IMG/VR virus record: IMGVR_UViG_3300005056_000001
Coordinates: 186,001 to 250,000 of that record
DNA length: 64,000 nt
Direction: 5' to 3' (one strand)
Numbering within the stretch: the first letter of the stretch is position 1; every line of letters begins with the position of its first letter. Shown piece after piece: positions 1 through 10,276 of the stretch. A program made the translations under genes and the position numbers. The notes beneath the pieces were generated by a model. The model saw only the letters and a list, made by a program, of their open reading frames with translations, did not search any database and was not told the DNA's origin.

Positions 1-5
1 TTTCC

Positions 6-521
6 ATGATTTGTGCCGAATTGGGGGGTTCTATATTAATCGACTACGACAAGGCACACACAGAGGCACTAATCATTTCGGCAAGTATGGAAAATAGGCT
101 ATATGTGGATAGCGTGCACACCAACAAAGGAAAGACAGAGGTGTTTTGCAAGTCCTACATGAAGAGTCGTTATGGGGATGGTTCGTTCCAATCATTATAC
201 ACCCCAAAACAATACTGTGCAATGGTCTGCAAGTCCTACAAGCAATTTGGGTATGGGCATAGCGTCAGAACCCGACAGACATACAAAAAATTGATCGGGC
301 TTTGTGCTGTTTGGAATTCGATGCAAAATCCTGTACAGAAATTGACAGACATGGGCATGGTCGAGGCAAACATGATACTGAGCTATTGTCATGGTGGATA
401 TATTTCACTTCATAGAGGACGTACATTGGATTTTTCTATGTTAAACACCGACAATATGAAAATGATAATCACGTCTTCCTATTATGGAATGTGTCTAAAT
501 ACAGTCTTGGCACATGCATAG
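6..521 (+). CDS. hypothetical protein (may be 5'-truncated by the window edge)
   Basis: 171-aa ORF followed by a hairpin. Confidence 0.55.
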   Translation: MICAELGGSILIDYDKAHTEALIISASMENRLYVDSVHTNKGKTEVFCKSYMKSRYGDGSFQSLYTPKQYCAMVCKSYKQFGYGHSVRTRQTYKKLIGLCAVWNSMQNPVQKLTDMGMVEANMILSYCHGGYISLHRGRTLDFSMLNTDNMKMIITSSYYGMCLNTVLAHA

Positions 522-537
522 GCAGAAATATAATTTT

Positions 538-584
538 AAAAACCCCAAACAATTTTTTGTTTGGGGTTTTTTTTGTATGTTTGT
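538..584 (+). terminator. hairpin terminator overlapping a Bacteroidota-type promoter (-7 TATGTTTG at 577-584)
   Basis: AAAACCCCAAAC...GTTTGGGGTTTT inverted repeat plus T-tract, then TAnnTTTG. Confidence 0.65.
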
Positions 585-621
585 ATACCCTAGATGATTT
601 GGGGAACTTAAATCAATAAAA

Positions 622-900
622 ATGAAAAAGGATTTTTATCTTATTAGAGAAGAATCACGACCATTCCAAGAATGTGGATATGACCTTATGGATGTCGTCT
701 CGGCAACAAGCTACGAAGAGGTTGTGAAGAATTATATTGAGGAAGAATTTATATTTGGAGGCAAAATCGAGGTTTTAGAAAACACCAAGGAGGATTTTAA
801 ATTTAACGTCTTACGGGATCGGTATATCTTTGACACCTTCTGTCTTGTAACACAAGACGAATATACCGAGTGTTATCAAAGACTAATCGAAGAATCATAG
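622..900 (+). CDS. hypothetical protein
   Basis: 92-aa ORF, A-rich start context. Confidence 0.7.
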   Translation: MKKDFYLIREESRPFQECGYDLMDVVSATSYEEVVKNYIEEEFIFGGKIEVLENTKEDFKFNVLRDRYIFDTFCLVTQDEYTECYQRLIEES

Positions 901-902
901 CC

Positions 903-1847
903 ATGGAACAAGAAAAGTTATTAAGACTTATCGAAACAGGACTTGATGTTAATATAGAATTGGCATTACAACTGTCCAAGGCGAACGGTATACCCATCGA
1001 CATGTCCGAATATAGGGAGGCACTGACTTGGTACCACGAACACGACATACATATAGGACACGACTTTCTTGATGTAGGCAACCTCTCTGTCAAAGACCTT
1101 TTAAGAAAAGTGCTATTGGTTAGAAGTATTAATATTCCATTAACCAACACAGACTCGTTGCCCAAGTGTATCCGAAGGTTCAAAAACCTTGTCACGTTGT
1201 CGGCATTCGGCAATGGCCTTGCGGAGTTACCCCAAGAAATTGGAGAGCTCGCAAACTTACAGGTATTATCCCTTGCCGACAACAAGCTGACATCATTGCC
1301 CGACACTATCGGAAGGTTAAGTGCTCTTAAATACCTAGACATAGACAACAATAATATTTCGGTACTACCTAGCACTATGAGAAATCTTGATGGTCTACTA
1401 GGAATCCGACTACTCGACAACGATTTTGAGCGGTTTCCTGACGTTCTCTGTGGGCTCAGAAACCTCCGTGAACTAAAAATGGGTCGCAATAAGATTGGGT
1501 CGATTCCAACAAAAATTGGGTTACTGACAAACCTCACAAGCCTTGACGTGTCTAATAATTGTATAAAAGAATTACCAAAGGAATTGTTTAACCTTGACAA
1601 ACTCAAGGTTTTGTCAGTATTTAACAATGAAATAAAAGAGCTCCCAAAAGAAATAGGAAGCCTTGAGTGTCTAGAAAAATTGTACCTGAGCAACAATCCA
1701 ATCGAATGTGTGCCAACAACGATAACCAATCTGACCAATCTTGACGAGTTTATTCTTCTTGGGTCAAACATGAACAAAGTAAGGCAGGCGCAAACAAGCG
1801 AATTACTATTGACGTTACCACATAAACCCGAATTCATAGTCTCCTAG
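903..1847 (+). CDS. leucine-rich repeat protein (LRR-1)
   Basis: Repeated 23-aa LPxxIGxLxxLxxLxLxxNxL units; N-terminal KLLRLIETG..NIELALQL cap; start placed at ATG 903. Confidence 0.93.
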   Translation: MEQEKLLRLIETGLDVNIELALQLSKANGIPIDMSEYREALTWYHEHDIHIGHDFLDVGNLSVKDLLRKVLLVRSINIPLTNTDSLPKCIRRFKNLVTLSAFGNGLAELPQEIGELANLQVLSLADNKLTSLPDTIGRLSALKYLDIDNNNISVLPSTMRNLDGLLGIRLLDNDFERFPDVLCGLRNLRELKMGRNKIGSIPTKIGLLTNLTSLDVSNNCIKELPKELFNLDKLKVLSVFNNEIKELPKEIGSLECLEKLYLSNNPIECVPTTITNLTNLDEFILLGSNMNKVRQAQTSELLLTLPHKPEFIVS

Positions 1848-1854
1848 AAATATC

Positions 1855-2775
1855 ATGACAACAGAAACTAAAATACACATTACGATTACCGATCTATTTA
1901 CTTCTGCAATAGAAAGTAATATCATATCGGGCTATAAATTAATGGCAGCAAATGACACCGAAATCGACCTGTCTGATTATAGGGAAATTTATAATTGGCT
2001 ACAAAAATACGGAAAGGTTGGTGGTACCAATGACACGCTTGAGATGTTATTGGAATTAAACAAGGTAACATCCCTACATTTTATGAATTTGGGGATTAAA
2101 AAGATTCCCGAATCCATTGGTTGTTTAAGGAACCTAAGATATTTATACCTGAGCAACAATACTATTAGAACCTTGCCGACAGGACTTTTTGGACTAAACC
2201 TTGAGCATCTATGGCTCGACGAGAACATAATATCAATTGTTCCTGACGGGATTGGTAGATGTTCCACACTTAGGTCTTTGTGGCTAAACAACAACAAGCT
2301 ATATACACTTCCTGTCGATTTTTCCATGTTAAAAAACCTAGAACACCTAGAGTTGTTTCGTAACAATTTTTCTAAAATTCCCGACTGTATTGGTGGCCTA
2401 GTCCAATTGAAAATATTGAACATGTGGAATAATAATATACAATTTTTGACGGGCGAGGTGTTTAGGTGTAAAAATCTGATTCTTCTTGATGTGTCAAGAA
2501 ATAATATTCGTTGTGTCGGCAATGGGATTTCCAACCTAACAAACTTGGAAAGGCTCCATATGTCAGAAAACAGGCTAAAGAGTATGTTGCCAATAACACA
2601 GGCCAATCTGCCCAACCTAAAGAGTATACTTCTTGAAACCAATAATATAACAAAACCCCCAACGGATTATTCTAGGTTGAAATCTCTTAGACTGCTAAGT
2701 TTGTACGACAACGAATTTACGACCAAGGAAGGAGAATGTATAAAAGAAGCATTAAAAGGACAAAAGTCACAGTAG
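1855..2775 (+). CDS. leucine-rich repeat protein (LRR-2)
   Basis: Tandem LRR units, e.g. IPESIGCLRNLRYLYLSNNTI. Confidence 0.93.
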   Translation: MTTETKIHITITDLFTSAIESNIISGYKLMAANDTEIDLSDYREIYNWLQKYGKVGGTNDTLEMLLELNKVTSLHFMNLGIKKIPESIGCLRNLRYLYLSNNTIRTLPTGLFGLNLEHLWLDENIISIVPDGIGRCSTLRSLWLNNNKLYTLPVDFSMLKNLEHLELFRNNFSKIPDCIGGLVQLKILNMWNNNIQFLTGEVFRCKNLILLDVSRNNIRCVGNGISNLTNLERLHMSENRLKSMLPITQANLPNLKSILLETNNITKPPTDYSRLKSLRLLSLYDNEFTTKEGECIKEALKGQKSQ

Positions 2776-2797
2776 TACTTAACACACCAAATGAACT

Positions 2798-3385
2798 ATG
2801 TATATAAAAAGAATAGTCAAGAAAATAAAGGAACACATCGAAAAGCACAACATAAGGATCTCGACATTCGAGGAATTGTCGGATGTTATTGGACAGGTTT
2901 CGGATATTGATTGTGGGTCAACCATGGATCTTCTCAAAGAATTAGGATTGGGTATGTCGGGCGAACTGTCCCCCAAGGGTTCCGATTTTATCATGACCAA
3001 ATACGTGCTTTCGGGTTCCGAAATATGTATTGTGTTTAGTGTGTCCGACAAAAAATTGGCGGACATGAGACCCGAAATCGAGGAATGGCTAAAGCAGAAG
3101 TATCCCGACAGATTCAGTGGCTTATTGATTTATGATGAGTTGGTATACAAGGGTATCACATCGGATTCATTTTCCCAACGCTTTGGTGTGACAATGGTTT
3201 TAGGCGGCCTTATCCAAGGAGACGCCATTGAGCCGTACAGGCCCGCATTGGATATCCTGACATATTGCAACGGGTTTTATATAAACAACACCCAATACAT
3301 TAAAACCTGTGACAGATTTACCAAGGGATATGTCCTAGACTACCTAAGAGACAAGGACGATTGGAAGTCTTATGCACAATTATAA
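2798..3385 (+). CDS. hypothetical protein
   Basis: 195-aa ORF in a co-directional run. Confidence 0.65.
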   Translation: MYIKRIVKKIKEHIEKHNIRISTFEELSDVIGQVSDIDCGSTMDLLKELGLGMSGELSPKGSDFIMTKYVLSGSEICIVFSVSDKKLADMRPEIEEWLKQKYPDRFSGLLIYDELVYKGITSDSFSQRFGVTMVLGGLIQGDAIEPYRPALDILTYCNGFYINNTQYIKTCDRFTKGYVLDYLRDKDDWKSYAQL

Positions 3386-3405
3386 CCAAAAAACAATTAT
3401 AAAAC

Positions 3406-3840
3406 ATGGGTACACAGGACAAGGATTACAGGGTATTGTTAAAAAAATATGAAGACCTTCAGGTTGAGTATGATGTCTTGGAGCAAGATTTTAAGTCTGC
3501 CAATGCATATGCAACCGAATGCAAAGAGGAGTTGGAGGAATCAGAGGAAAACAAAGACTCTGTGGATAAGCTAGAAAATCGGGTCGAGGATCAGAGGCTT
3601 AAAATAGAGTCTCTAGAGCGTGAGTGTGAGACAAAGTGTGACAAAATTGACGATCTGACTTGTAAACAATCAGAATTGGAGGGCGAAAAATTACATCAGG
3701 AATGGTTTGGACTTGACGACAGGTTTATTTTGTCGTCCGAAAAGGACGAAATAATCTTGTTGCTCGGAGAAGTTTCGATGGTATCGAATGGTCGAGTCAT
3801 TATAGACACACTGACCACGCTGTTGGGCAAATCACAATAG
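3406..3840 (+). CDS. coiled-coil hypothetical protein
   Basis: E/K-rich heptad pattern in the N-terminal two thirds. Confidence 0.7.
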   Translation: MGTQDKDYRVLLKKYEDLQVEYDVLEQDFKSANAYATECKEELEESEENKDSVDKLENRVEDQRLKIESLERECETKCDKIDDLTCKQSELEGEKLHQEWFGLDDRFILSSEKDEIILLLGEVSMVSNGRVIIDTLTTLLGKSQ

Positions 3841-3879
3841 TACATATCTTACTATATAATTAATAAATAATCCAATAGA

Positions 3880-4998
3880 ATGAGACGAGTAGCAGACAAT
3901 TTAAACAGAGACGATAAATATATTGATGTTGTGGTTGGTACCGAGGTGGTATGCCAAAAATACGAAACAGCCGCAAAAATTGTTGGCAAAGAATTTATGC
4001 CCAAGGTCGGACACTACGAGTACGAATTGATGTGGGAAGACGGTACAAACGCATTTGAGTTCGGGGACGTTCTTTCTTTGGCAGAGGACAAAAAATTCCT
4101 CAACGAGGCCGCCATAAGCAAGGAGGATGCCGTTGCCATTAAAAAGATGAAGGATTTCTACAAACTGACCAAGCTAGTAATCAAGCCGTTCAAGGAACTA
4201 AAAGATCAAGACAGAAACAAGGTATTGGCATCCTTTTCGGATTCTAACACCGAAATCCTTAATGTTTCGGCATTTGCATATCACATCACCTTTGTCGGAA
4301 AAGACAAAACCGAACACCAATTTTTTATTGACTTTGAGGAGCCGCTTTCTGATGCTGCCATGTTTATAACATCCTCATTCGACAGTCTGTTTGACATGTT
4401 TGCAGAAGAAGAATATGACAAGTTTTGCAAGATTCCGAACGATATTACTGTCAAGAACAAAATGATCTACACATCAGACGACTTTACAGGAACCACTTTT
4501 GTTGGGAGCTACAATGATTTATACACATACATCATTTCAACCCTTGAGGCCGACAAATATAAAATGTTGTCGTCGTTTGTGAAAGAGTTTGACTTGGGGA
4601 AGACCGAAAATGGCTATGTCAATCAGACTGCCCTAGACGGTGTAATCAAAAAAGACACCATGTCTTACTTCGATGACATGTGGGGAAAGGACGGTGTAGA
4701 ATTTATGAAAGGGAATTTCAACACTGATTATAACGAGTTGCTTGCGCTTTCCGACAAGGTTAATTTAAACAAATACAAAGACCTATACCTAGCAAAATAC
4801 TTGGCACGTCCCAAGAATCCTGTATTCTATGAAATAATGATGGAGGGTGATTTGGAAGGCGAGGTATACAAGGACATTATCGAGTACAAACATTGGATCA
4901 ACGAGAATCTATATGTGGCATGTGAGTTTATCCTTGGCAGCGAACCAATAAAAAACCTAAATGGTAAAATTTATACAGTCCCGTATATGGGAGCCTAG
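3880..4998 (+). CDS. hypothetical protein, probably late (possible virion protein)
   Basis: 372-aa acidic ORF; GTACATA motif at 3840-3846; MRRVAD N-terminus. Confidence 0.7.
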   Translation: MRRVADNLNRDDKYIDVVVGTEVVCQKYETAAKIVGKEFMPKVGHYEYELMWEDGTNAFEFGDVLSLAEDKKFLNEAAISKEDAVAIKKMKDFYKLTKLVIKPFKELKDQDRNKVLASFSDSNTEILNVSAFAYHITFVGKDKTEHQFFIDFEEPLSDAAMFITSSFDSLFDMFAEEEYDKFCKIPNDITVKNKMIYTSDDFTGTTFVGSYNDLYTYIISTLEADKYKMLSSFVKEFDLGKTENGYVNQTALDGVIKKDTMSYFDDMWGKDGVEFMKGNFNTDYNELLALSDKVNLNKYKDLYLAKYLARPKNPVFYEIMMEGDLEGEVYKDIIEYKHWINENLYVACEFILGSEPIKNLNGKIYTVPYMGA

Positions 4999-5021
4999 TT
5001 GGTCAAGACATAATATATTTT

Positions 5022-5058
5022 CAAAAGGGATGCAAAATTATTTTTGCATCCCTTTTGT
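5022..5058 (+). terminator. intrinsic terminator
   Basis: CAAAAAGGGATGCAAAA / TTTTGCATCCCTTTTTG perfect inverted repeat. Confidence 0.75.
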
Positions 5059-5102
5059 TTTTATAAATATTTATTGTACATTGGGTGCTTAACAAGAAGG
5101 AT

Positions 5103-5366
5103 ATGAGACATAAAAACACCGACGCAACAATACCAAAGATTTTTGACGGATTTGTGCAATTAAAGACCGACACGATTCTTGGGGGTCTAAACAAAAGCAA
5201 ACCAATATACAAGAAATTTATGTCTTGGCAAAACGGTTTTATGTATTTGTTGAGATACACCTTTGTTGGTGGTTGGGCAATCAACAAAGATGTCAGGGAC
5301 AGAGAATTGATAAAACCTGTTGATTATGATAATTACATCAAGATCGACCAAGTTGTAACACGATAA
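5103..5366 (+). CDS. hypothetical protein
   Basis: Short ORF abutting LRR-3. Confidence 0.6.
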   Translation: MRHKNTDATIPKIFDGFVQLKTDTILGGLNKSKPIYKKFMSWQNGFMYLLRYTFVGGWAINKDVRDRELIKPVDYDNYIKIDQVVTR

Positions 5367-5368
5367 AC

Positions 5369-6343
5369 ATGAAAACACAACAGAAGCTTCTACGACTCCT
5401 CAGAACAGGAGATACCGACAATATTGAATTGGCATATCAGTTGGCAAAGTCTAGCAATACCAAAATCGACCTGACCGAATTTCGGGCCATGCATAAAATG
5501 TTGTTCAAGTACAGTACTCTAACGTATCAGACACTTTCATGTGAGGAGGAAAAGAAAATGATCTATGAATTGTTTAATCTAAAAACGATAACCTTAGTAA
5601 AGGACTATGTGGAACACGACAGTCTTTGTCATTTACAAAATGTTACTAGCATAACAATGAACGGATTGTGTCTGACCAAGGTTCCTGAATGGATTTATTC
5701 ACTAAATAACCTAGAATATCTATCACTTTCCACCAATATAATTCCTGTATTTCCCAAGCGTTTGTGTGGGATGACAAAACTAAAACATCTTGGTTTTTAT
5801 AATAGCAGAGTCGAAACTATTCCTGACGAGATTGGGAACCTGACCGAGTTAGTATACTTAAATCTGAGTGGTGGTTACCTAAAGGAACTCCCTGAATCAA
5901 TCGGAAATCTAACAAATCTTAAAACATTGGGTGTCGGATTCAACCAAATAACACACCTTCACGAATCAATCGGAAATCTTACAGAAATATGTTACTTACA
6001 TATTAATAACAATAATATTAAACACCTCCCCGAATCAATTGGAAGCCTGACAGATATTATTCATTTTGACATGTCAGCCAACGAGATCGAGTTGTTCCCC
6101 CAATCCATCGGGAACCTAAAAAACTTGTCACTTCTGATAGCCTACAAGAACAAAATCGAAATATTGCCCGACACAATGGGAAGTTTAGAGCAAGTTGAAA
6201 TGTTAAGACTAGACAGCAACCAAATAAACACAGTGTCCGAGTCCATAGGCAACCTACAAAACCTGTATAAAATAGAACTCAGAAACAACCCAATAAACAA
6301 AACTTCTGTACCAATCTCGTTCAGACACAAAATAACCAAATAA
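5369..6343 (+). CDS. leucine-rich repeat protein (LRR-3)
   Basis: LPESIGNLTNLKTL-type units; N-cap KLLRLLRTG..NIELAYQL matches LRR-1. Confidence 0.94.
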   Translation: MKTQQKLLRLLRTGDTDNIELAYQLAKSSNTKIDLTEFRAMHKMLFKYSTLTYQTLSCEEEKKMIYELFNLKTITLVKDYVEHDSLCHLQNVTSITMNGLCLTKVPEWIYSLNNLEYLSLSTNIIPVFPKRLCGMTKLKHLGFYNSRVETIPDEIGNLTELVYLNLSGGYLKELPESIGNLTNLKTLGVGFNQITHLHESIGNLTEICYLHINNNNIKHLPESIGSLTDIIHFDMSANEIELFPQSIGNLKNLSLLIAYKNKIEILPDTMGSLEQVEMLRLDSNQINTVSESIGNLQNLYKIELRNNPINKTSVPISFRHKITK

Positions 6344-6741
6344 TGACAAAAACATTCGAAGAAACAAAAAAGACACACCTAGAATGCTGCCTGACAAGAG
6401 ACCTAGAAGGGCTGAGTATAACCAAGGCAGACGAACACGGAGTTAATTGTGTTGGTGTACATTTTTTTGAGGAGCCACCAACACTAGACGAGTTCGTCGA
6501 GAAGTGTTACTACATTGAAAGCGCAATAGACATGATTATCTTTATGGAATTCACATTCAAACAGGCATTTTTCCATGGATTGGTAGACTTCAACGACTAT
6601 GACAGTCTTGCTACCAAACAGAAGCATTTTCGTACCGCCACACTTGATTATTTTGGGGCACAAACAAACGGGAATATTCCTGACGAGGCAAAGTTTCATG
6701 ACGCTCTATTAGAGTTTGGAAGATCACTTTTTGAACAATAA
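6343..6741 (+). CDS. hypothetical protein
   Basis: 132 aa, TAATG stop-start overlap. Confidence 0.7.
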   Translation: MTKTFEETKKTHLECCLTRDLEGLSITKADEHGVNCVGVHFFEEPPTLDEFVEKCYYIESAIDMIIFMEFTFKQAFFHGLVDFNDYDSLATKQKHFRTATLDYFGAQTNGNIPDEAKFHDALLEFGRSLFEQ

Positions 6742-6750
6742 AGAACAATA

Positions 6751-6981
6751 ATGGAAATAACAACAATATTAAAAACAGGCCAAAGTCCGTATAGAACTCA
6801 CGAAAAAATAAAACCTCCAAAGGGTTTTAGACTAGACATAGACGAAACAAAAATGTATAAAACAACCTACCTGTCCCCACACCAAAGCAGATCAAAGCTT
6901 TGGGAATACGGCTTCTTCCTTGTAAAGGGGTGTTGGTTGACAGAAAATCAAATATTTTTGAATAGTGTTTCTAGGAATTGA
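6751..6981 (+). CDS. hypothetical protein
   Basis: 76-aa ORF. Confidence 0.6.
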   Translation: MEITTILKTGQSPYRTHEKIKPPKGFRLDIDETKMYKTTYLSPHQSRSKLWEYGFFLVKGCWLTENQIFLNSVSRN

Positions 6982-7015
6982 GGCAATATTTTAAGTAATG
7001 ACATAAAAAATAAAA

Positions 7016-7228
7016 ATGGAAATAACACTCAAGTCGGTAATAACTTACAGGCAACGTATCGAATTTGGACTAGTAATCGCCAAAGAAATTCTTGGCCATG
7101 ATTATGAATGGAACGAGATGTCGGATATATTGGATATGGATATAAGTTATTCGTATATCATAGCCGAAGATGTTTTTGAATACATGGACTGTACCGAGGA
7201 TGTTTATGACGAAATCATTAAAAAAAAT
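7016..7228 (+). pseudogene. 5' part of a hypothetical gene interrupted by the IS1595 element
   Basis: ORF runs into the left terminal inverted repeat; a plausible remainder (IKEKTPLSAAEKAC...) lies at 11317-11457. Confidence 0.65.
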
Positions 7229-7278
7229 GGCAATTACATACCTTTTTACACCAAATAAATAACAGTACAGACAATAAC

Positions 7279-7320
7279 GATAAAAGCCCCAACCTATCCG
7301 AATAGGTTGTGGCTTTTATC
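7279..7320 (-). terminator. terminator of the lipoprotein gene
   Basis: GATAAAAGCC..AACCTAT / ATAGGTT..GGCTTTTATC inverted repeat. Confidence 0.7.
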
Positions 7321-7336
7321 TATTTTAATCAATTAT

Positions 7337-8125
7337 CTACTGAACAGCATCCAACATCAACATTTGAATCTTATTCATTCTAACCATTTGCTTTGTAGTT
7401 AAATCATCAGATGAAGTTTGTAGTTTATTTGAAAACTTCGTAGCCTTCTCCATAAGTGCAGGGTATTCACCTAGAGCAGAAGGATCACCGTCCATTGCTT
7501 TTCTGTACACAGAAACGTACTTCTTAGTGTAATCTTCATACTCATCCAACACTTCATCCCACTCAGTTGACGAACTAACCACAGGAGTTGAATTAGAACT
7601 ATTAGATGCGACTTTAGATACCACATTTTCTTTTAGGCTAGATGTTAGTCTTACTGTCTTTGCCTTTGAAGGATCCACAATCAACCCTTTGTCATAAATC
7701 ATAAACTCAAGCCAAATAGTTTCGCCCTCATTTAGTGATAGACATTGTTCAAACGGTTTTGTACCATACTTACCTAAATTCGTTACAATTGGGGAGCCCG
7801 AAACATCCATGATATCGGCATTGATACAATATTCATTTGACTTCCCTGCACCCACGCCACAATATTGGACATCGTTAACGTCAAAAGTAAAATCCTTGTC
7901 TGTACGCTTAATCTCGACCAACAGCTTATGCCCATAGGCACTTGCCGCAATATTCAAACTTGAATTTACAATCTCAAAATTTGAGGATAAGGCACCATTC
8001 ATTAATTGAGTGACTTCTAGCTTAGTGTTACTTGCCTTTAACTCTTCTTTTTTGGTTTCACCACCACAAGAAATAAGGAATAACAATATCATTAATACCC
8101 CAAAAACATTTTTTAAACTTTTCAT
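7337..8125 (-). CDS. lipoprotein, DUF6591-like C-terminus (IS cargo)
   Basis: Lipobox LISC after a signal peptide; C-terminal WDEVLDEYEDY..Y helix resembles DUF6591 (recalled, not searched). Confidence 0.75.
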   Translation of the reverse strand: MKSLKNVFGVLMILLFLISCGGETKKEELKASNTKLEVTQLMNGALSSNFEIVNSSLNIAASAYGHKLLVEIKRTDKDFTFDVNDVQYCGVGAGKSNEYCINADIMDVSGSPIVTNLGKYGTKPFEQCLSLNEGETIWLEFMIYDKGLIVDPSKAKTVRLTSSLKENVVSKVASNSSNSTPVVSSSTEWDEVLDEYEDYTKKYVSVYRKAMDGDPSALGEYPALMEKATKFSNKLQTSSDDLTTKQMVRMNKIQMLMLDAVQ

Positions 8126-8626
8126 ATTATGTTATTTGTTACTTTTGGAGGCAAAAAGCGGAATGTTTAGGTTGAAATCAAAATGGTAAAAAAGAAGGCG
8201 TACCCCCTGCATAATTCCAATGCCTGATAGGTACGACCAAGCACCCAACACAATTGAAATAGCAATGAGGACACGCCCATAGTGGCGCATCATCAGTCAT
8301 TCTCTTGTGTTATATTAAAATTGGTCGTTTTATCAAGCAAGAAATGTCCGCAACGCAAACTCTTTATATATTATATGGTCTTATCTTTTATTCGATAGTT
8401 CTATTTTTGGTTTAAAATGGGCACAACATTGTCTCCACTTCTGTATTCATAAATACAAAAGTATACTATTTTTATGGAATTAGAAAACACTTGGCTGTGT
8501 TTTTAGTTCGTTTAGTGAAATTAATTGTTTGAATAGTTAGTTAAGTCGTTGGTAGGCATAAAAAAACTCGCCCATTTTAGCATTGTTAAGTGGCTTGGCG
8601 AGTGTGTTGGTTCTTTATTAAATGTA

Positions 8627-8809
8627 CTACATGATTGGAATATCAAGCTGTTTACATATTAACTCACCTAAACTCCTATCAATTGTTGTATGTCTAGGAA
8701 CAGAAGTTTTCTTACCCACTGAATTTTTCCATATAGCGTGTTTTTTACCATTTCTATGAAAAACGCAATCATTACTTGTTAAATGCTTAAGAAACTTTGT
8801 TGTTTTCAA
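8627..8809 (-). CDS. hicA: HicA-family toxin (mRNA interferase)
   Basis: GKKHAIW, SVPRH and ICKQLDIP motifs; TTG start at 8809 preferred over 8833. Confidence 0.85.
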   Translation of the reverse strand: MKTTKFLKHLTSNDCVFHRNGKKHAIWKNSVGKKTSVPRHTTIDRSLGELICKQLDIPIM

Positions 8810-8819
8810 ATCAAAAATA

Positions 8820-9047
8820 TTAGTTACAAGCACTTAATGTATACAATTCTTCTTCTTTTGTGGTATTATCAGTCTCAGATTCATTATATTCATCTCGAAC
8901 ATCTTCAAGATGTAATTCTAACGCATCTTGTATATTCTCCAATAACCCTGCACGTGTCTTACCTTGGGACATAACCGCAGGAATTTCCTTTAATTGCCCA
9001 ATTAAAAAACCGTCAGCCCCTTCTTTAATCATTAATGTAATTTTCAT
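8820..9047 (-). CDS. hicB: HicB-family antitoxin (short, no DNA-binding domain)
   Basis: EIPAVMSQGKT..LLENIQDALEL motif; adjacent to hicA. Confidence 0.85.
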   Translation of the reverse strand: MKITLMIKEGADGFLIGQLKEIPAVMSQGKTRAGLLENIQDALELHLEDVRDEYNESETDNTTKEEELYTLSACN

Positions 9048-9182
9048 CTTTTTAGATTTTTTTAGATTTTTAGATGTTGACTTACTTAATATAAGTACAT
9101 TTATTGACAATAACGAAATAATGTACCCAATTCGTTCAATTTAATACAACATTAACATTTATTTTATGGTTTATGTACAAAA

Positions 9183-10152
9183 TTAACCCTTCTTAGGATT
9201 AAAATTCAAAGCTTTAGTCATATTTTTATCAAATGTCGTCAATTTCTCTTCTTCAATAGGTTCAATTGTTTGTCCTTCTTTATTGAAGTCAAACGGTAAA
9301 GACAATTGCCCCATTTTTCGTTGATTCAACTTTTCAAATTGCGACCACATTTGCTGCATATTATCAGACAATTGGAACAATGTAATAATTTGGTTGATTT
9401 GAGCCGTTAAATTGGGGTGTCCTACGTCAGTAGTAAGACTTTGATGAAACTTGGCTGTATACTTACCATTTTTACTCTTGGGGGTCTTCTTTTTTATTTC
9501 CGATAATATATTCGGTGGTAATTGTTCATATATCAGCTTATTTGTCCATTTACCGACAACACCTGGGCGTTTTTTAATTCCTTTTACTGTAAAATCCCAA
9601 CCATTTAATCTAAATAACTCTTTATAAAAAATATCAGGGAAACGTTTTTGCCACGGTAGAAGTTCTTCACTAATATAAGCCTTTAATAATTTTTGTAACT
9701 CATCTTTCTCCCTATCGTATTGGTATCCTGTTGCCTCGTCAATAACAGCAAGTATACCAATCTTAGCGAACGCACGGGTTAATACTTCCGCTTGTTCTGC
9801 GGTATCTATATATTTTTCGGGAATGAGTCCAACTTTTCTAGCTTCTAACAACATGTCACAGAGTTCAACCAATACAGTAGCCTCATATCCATTAGCAGAA
9901 AGTCCACTGTTTGTTTTAAATTCAATAGGAGAAAATACACCAGCTTTCAACTCTTCATTAATAAGCGATTGAAAGCTTTTGTTTTTAACCATACTAGGGA
10001 TTTTACTTCCCCTAGTCTGTCCTAACTTAAATGCTGTTTGTAGCCCTCTTCCCGAAAGAACTCTACGTCCATCACTTAAAACATAACAAGGAATTGATAA
10101 GTCACCAATCTCTATTTCACCATAGTGGGTCGATTTTAGTCTATCAGTCTTC

Positions 10153-10154
<2 letters not shown>
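9183..10154 (-). CDS. P63C domain protein
   Basis: CYVLSDGRRVLS, GILAVIDEATGYQ, LLPWQKRFPD and PGVVGKWTN motifs. Confidence 0.88.
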
Positions 10155-10191
<37 letters not shown>

Positions 10192-10276
10192 ACAATTTTT
10201 GCCCAGTCGCAAGTAGTTGATTAATATTAGTTTATGTGCATTTGATCATTATCTATATATATAGATATTGCCCAAC

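Noticed and set aside
803-2642. Long antisense ORFs (803-1837, 1989-2642; likewise 33670-34413 and 49363-49860)
   Set aside because: Shadow frames of repetitive or codon-biased sense genes; no independent motifs.
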